Source: Phoronis australis
Lineage: Eukaryota; Animalia; Phoronida
DNA length: 64,000 nucleotides
Direction: 5' to 3'
Assembly (NCBI GenBank): GCA_002633005.1
Contig: NMRA01000203.1
Coordinates: forward strand, 218,015 to 282,014
Part shown: one piece after another, positions 62,101 to 64,000 of the stretch
How positions within the stretch are numbered: the stretch's first letter is position 1
Layout of the letters: each line of letters opens with the position of its first letter
Program-made: the position numbers and the translations under genes
Notes under the pieces: generated by a model
The model's input: only the letters and a program-made list of their open reading frames with translations
The model's database searches: none
Told to the model about the DNA's origin: nothing

Positions 62101-63710
62101 AGTCATTCTCTGGACAATTGATGTGAGTAGAAATTATAGTTGTATGATGACAACTATAATGTTGTTCAGAGATAGAACCTGTTGATAACTATAATGTTGT
62201 TCAGAGATAGAACCTGTTGATAAGTATAATGTTGTTCAGAGATAGAACCTGTTGATAACTATAATGTTGTTCAGAGATAGAACCTGTTGATAACTATAAT
62301 GTTGTTCAGAGATAGAACCTGTTGATAACTATAATGTTGTCCAGAGATAGAACCTGTTGATAACTATAATGTTGTTCAGAGACAGAACCTGTTGACAACT
62401 TGCACTTGCTGAAGATACCAGATGTTATAAAGAAAGTGGAACCACCAGCTCAAACAGTGCTCTGTCGTGAAGAGGTGGATCAGTGGAAGATGCTGGATGT
62501 CATACCAGAAGTTAATTTAGAATACAGTGAAGGGGATGATGAAAGCCAAGGAGATGATGAAAGCCAAGGTGTCATCCAAGTGGCCGTGAAACAAACTCAG
62601 CAGTCCCAGAAAGGTTATTTTAAAGTCTTACTTCTAACTCATCAGATGTTATTCAAAGTGGCTATCAATCTGCCATCAGTGAACTTTTTGATTTTTATCC
62701 ATTACCACTATAAGCTTGGTATCGACTTGTTCCTTATACAGATGAGAAATGATTTATGAACTATGGAAGAGCTAGGCTGTCAGTTCAGTGGACCTTGAAA
62801 TATGCTCTCCTCATAAAATGACTTAACTTCAAGTTGGTGCGATCTCAACTTTTCGCATGCTAAGGGAGCCCCTCTGTATAATCTGACCCAGTTTATTTAG
62901 GTAAGTGTTCTAAATCTCTTACTTTGCTTTTGATGCCTGACAGGTTTATACCCACTTTTAGCCGAGTCAGCAGTATTTATCCTTGTAACAAACTTAATTG
63001 CTCACAAACAATGAGTCAGAGGTTAGTTTCTACCAATATCAGACTTGGATTCACTTGATACACCTGTGTGCACTAAACTGTTCATCACCATCATGATCAT
63101 CAGCACTGTGTTCACACCACAGCGCCCTCTATGTAATGCTTAGTGACATGCTTGTCATCACCATCCCCACCAGAACAGATGATGGTGATGATGATGACAA
63201 CTATGATAACGATCACGATGATTATCATTATCAGTGTGTAATTGTTTTGATTGCAGCTGAGTTGTGTAAGACACCAGTATCGTCTGAAAAACAGCCGTTT
63301 GAATGGTGAGTTATCTTAAACGTGTTTGTCTTTATCAGAATTAACATTGAAAAAGCCTGAAAAACATTGTTTTAAAAACCAATTTTTGCTTATAGATGAA
63401 AAATACGTCAGATTGATTCTATGATAAAAGCTCTCCAATTTCATACACAAATTATTGCCAAAAATGTCCCTTTTCATTTTTCAAGTACTTCAAAGACATT
63501 GCTGTGTTAATGGTCACATTTTTCCAAAACATTTTCCAACAGTAGCTATTGTACAGAACTTGAACTTGGAAAAGCATTCATTTGGTGCATTATGTCTTTC
63601 ATAGGAAAAGTGATAAAACAATACTAACACTTGTCGGCAGGCCGTCGTGTGTCATCAACATGCCTGAGAATCCTTCAGAAGGACCAGCTGCTTCTATTGT
63701 GTGTCAGTGA
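55922..63710 (+). CDS. Uncharacterised spliced gene, predicted 317 aa (exons 55922-56198, 56878-57000, 57340-57504, 62380-62613, 63257-63305, 63605-63710)
   Basis: Six stop-free segments with AG/GT borders and compatible phases (1,1,1,1,2), ending in TGA. Basic N-terminus and acidic body; no family recognised. Confidence 0.7.
56878..57000 (+). CDS. Uncharacterised gene exon 2
   Basis: ttccag|ETCHRVYEITEDRACIVERIHEDHEPSIERMREASYPAELA|gtaaaa; 123 nt, phase 1-1. Confidence 0.7.
57340..57504 (+). CDS. Uncharacterised gene exon 3
   Basis: acacag|GCDINFVNELAGEVDETMLDAEY...DLSAIN|gtgagg; 165 nt, phase 1-1. Confidence 0.72.
57583..57969. mobile_element. Palindromic MITE with 5-bp TSD
   Basis: caaggtacctaaa / tttaggcaccttg ends, long imperfect foldback, TSD ctata; absent from the paralogous segment at ~55100. 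Confidence 0.85.
58322..61744. mobile_element. hAT-like composite insertion (CAGGG...CCCTG, ~6-bp TSD)
   Basis: Flanked by atgatc/gtgatc; interrupts the paralogous segment; subterminal agtcgccc/gggcgact. Confidence 0.7.
58889..60387. mobile_element. piggyBac-like non-autonomous element (TTAA TSD)
   Basis: ttaa|cccttatcct ... aggataagga|ttaa; removing it rejoins the dispersed repeat seen intact at ~24230-24290. Confidence 0.8.
62148..62400. repeat. 35-bp minisatellite, 7 copies, spanning a splice acceptor
   Basis: Unit ctataatgttgttcagagatagaacctgttgataa; copies at 62161 + 35n. Confidence 0.95.
62380..62613 (+). CDS. Uncharacterised gene exon 4
   Basis: ttcag|ETEPVDNLHLLKIPDV...GDDESQGDDESQG...QQSQK|gttatt; 234 nt, phase 1-1, weak donor. 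Confidence 0.68.
63257..63305 (+). CDS. Uncharacterised gene exon 5
   Basis: ttgcag|AELCKTPVSSEKQPFEW|gtgagt. Confidence 0.68.
63605..63710 (+). CDS. Uncharacterised gene terminal exon
   Basis: tttcatag|KSDKTILTLVGRPSCVINMPENPSEGPAASIVCQ*. Confidence 0.62.
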
Positions 63711-64000
63711 TGTGTATAATGAGCTAATAAGCCATGCTGGAAACTTTAACTTTCCAATGAATAGTTCAACACTTGGGATGTTGTTGACAAAATCCTTATT
63801 ACATGACCAATTTTGAAAATCCAAGAACCCAGATAGTCTTTTACTCCTCTATTAGGTTTTATGGTTTCCATCGGTTTCCATGTCCCAAAAAGAAAATTGA
63901 GTAACAGAGCATGGATGGTTTCAAAAAACGTTTTATTTAGATATTGTTTTGATAAGAATAGTTGCCCTCACTATGTGGCTTTGTGAATAGAGTCTCCTCT

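Overview
AT-rich, intron-rich animal genomic DNA, probably a marine invertebrate (inferred from repeat types and gene structure; species cannot be determined). It is not prokaryotic, and most listed ORFs are noise. Three spliced protein-coding genes were reconstructed by hand. (1) POMT2 (protein O-mannosyltransferase 2) on the minus strand: 16 coding exons from 22458 down to 489, 576 codons, continuing beyond the left edge. (2) GSTZ1 (glutathione S-transferase zeta/maleylacetoacetate isomerase) on the plus strand: 8 exons, 22792-42499, 214 aa, head-to-head with POMT2 with 333 bp between start codons, the arrangement known from human 14q24.3. (3) An unrecognised 6-exon, 317-aa gene (55922-63710, plus). 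Introns are packed with non-autonomous mobile elements: Helentron/HINE-like elements carrying ~150-bp tandem monomers that each contain a CTCF-consensus-like motif, TIR elements with 5/6/9/10-bp and TTAA target duplications, an Academ-like relic, a Penelope-like end with a minimal hammerhead motif, and SINE/LINE fragments. Three short tandem arrays duplicate real splice sites. Two near-identical duplications flank single-N gaps and are probably assembly artefacts. All coordinates were read by eye; repeat boundaries are approximate.
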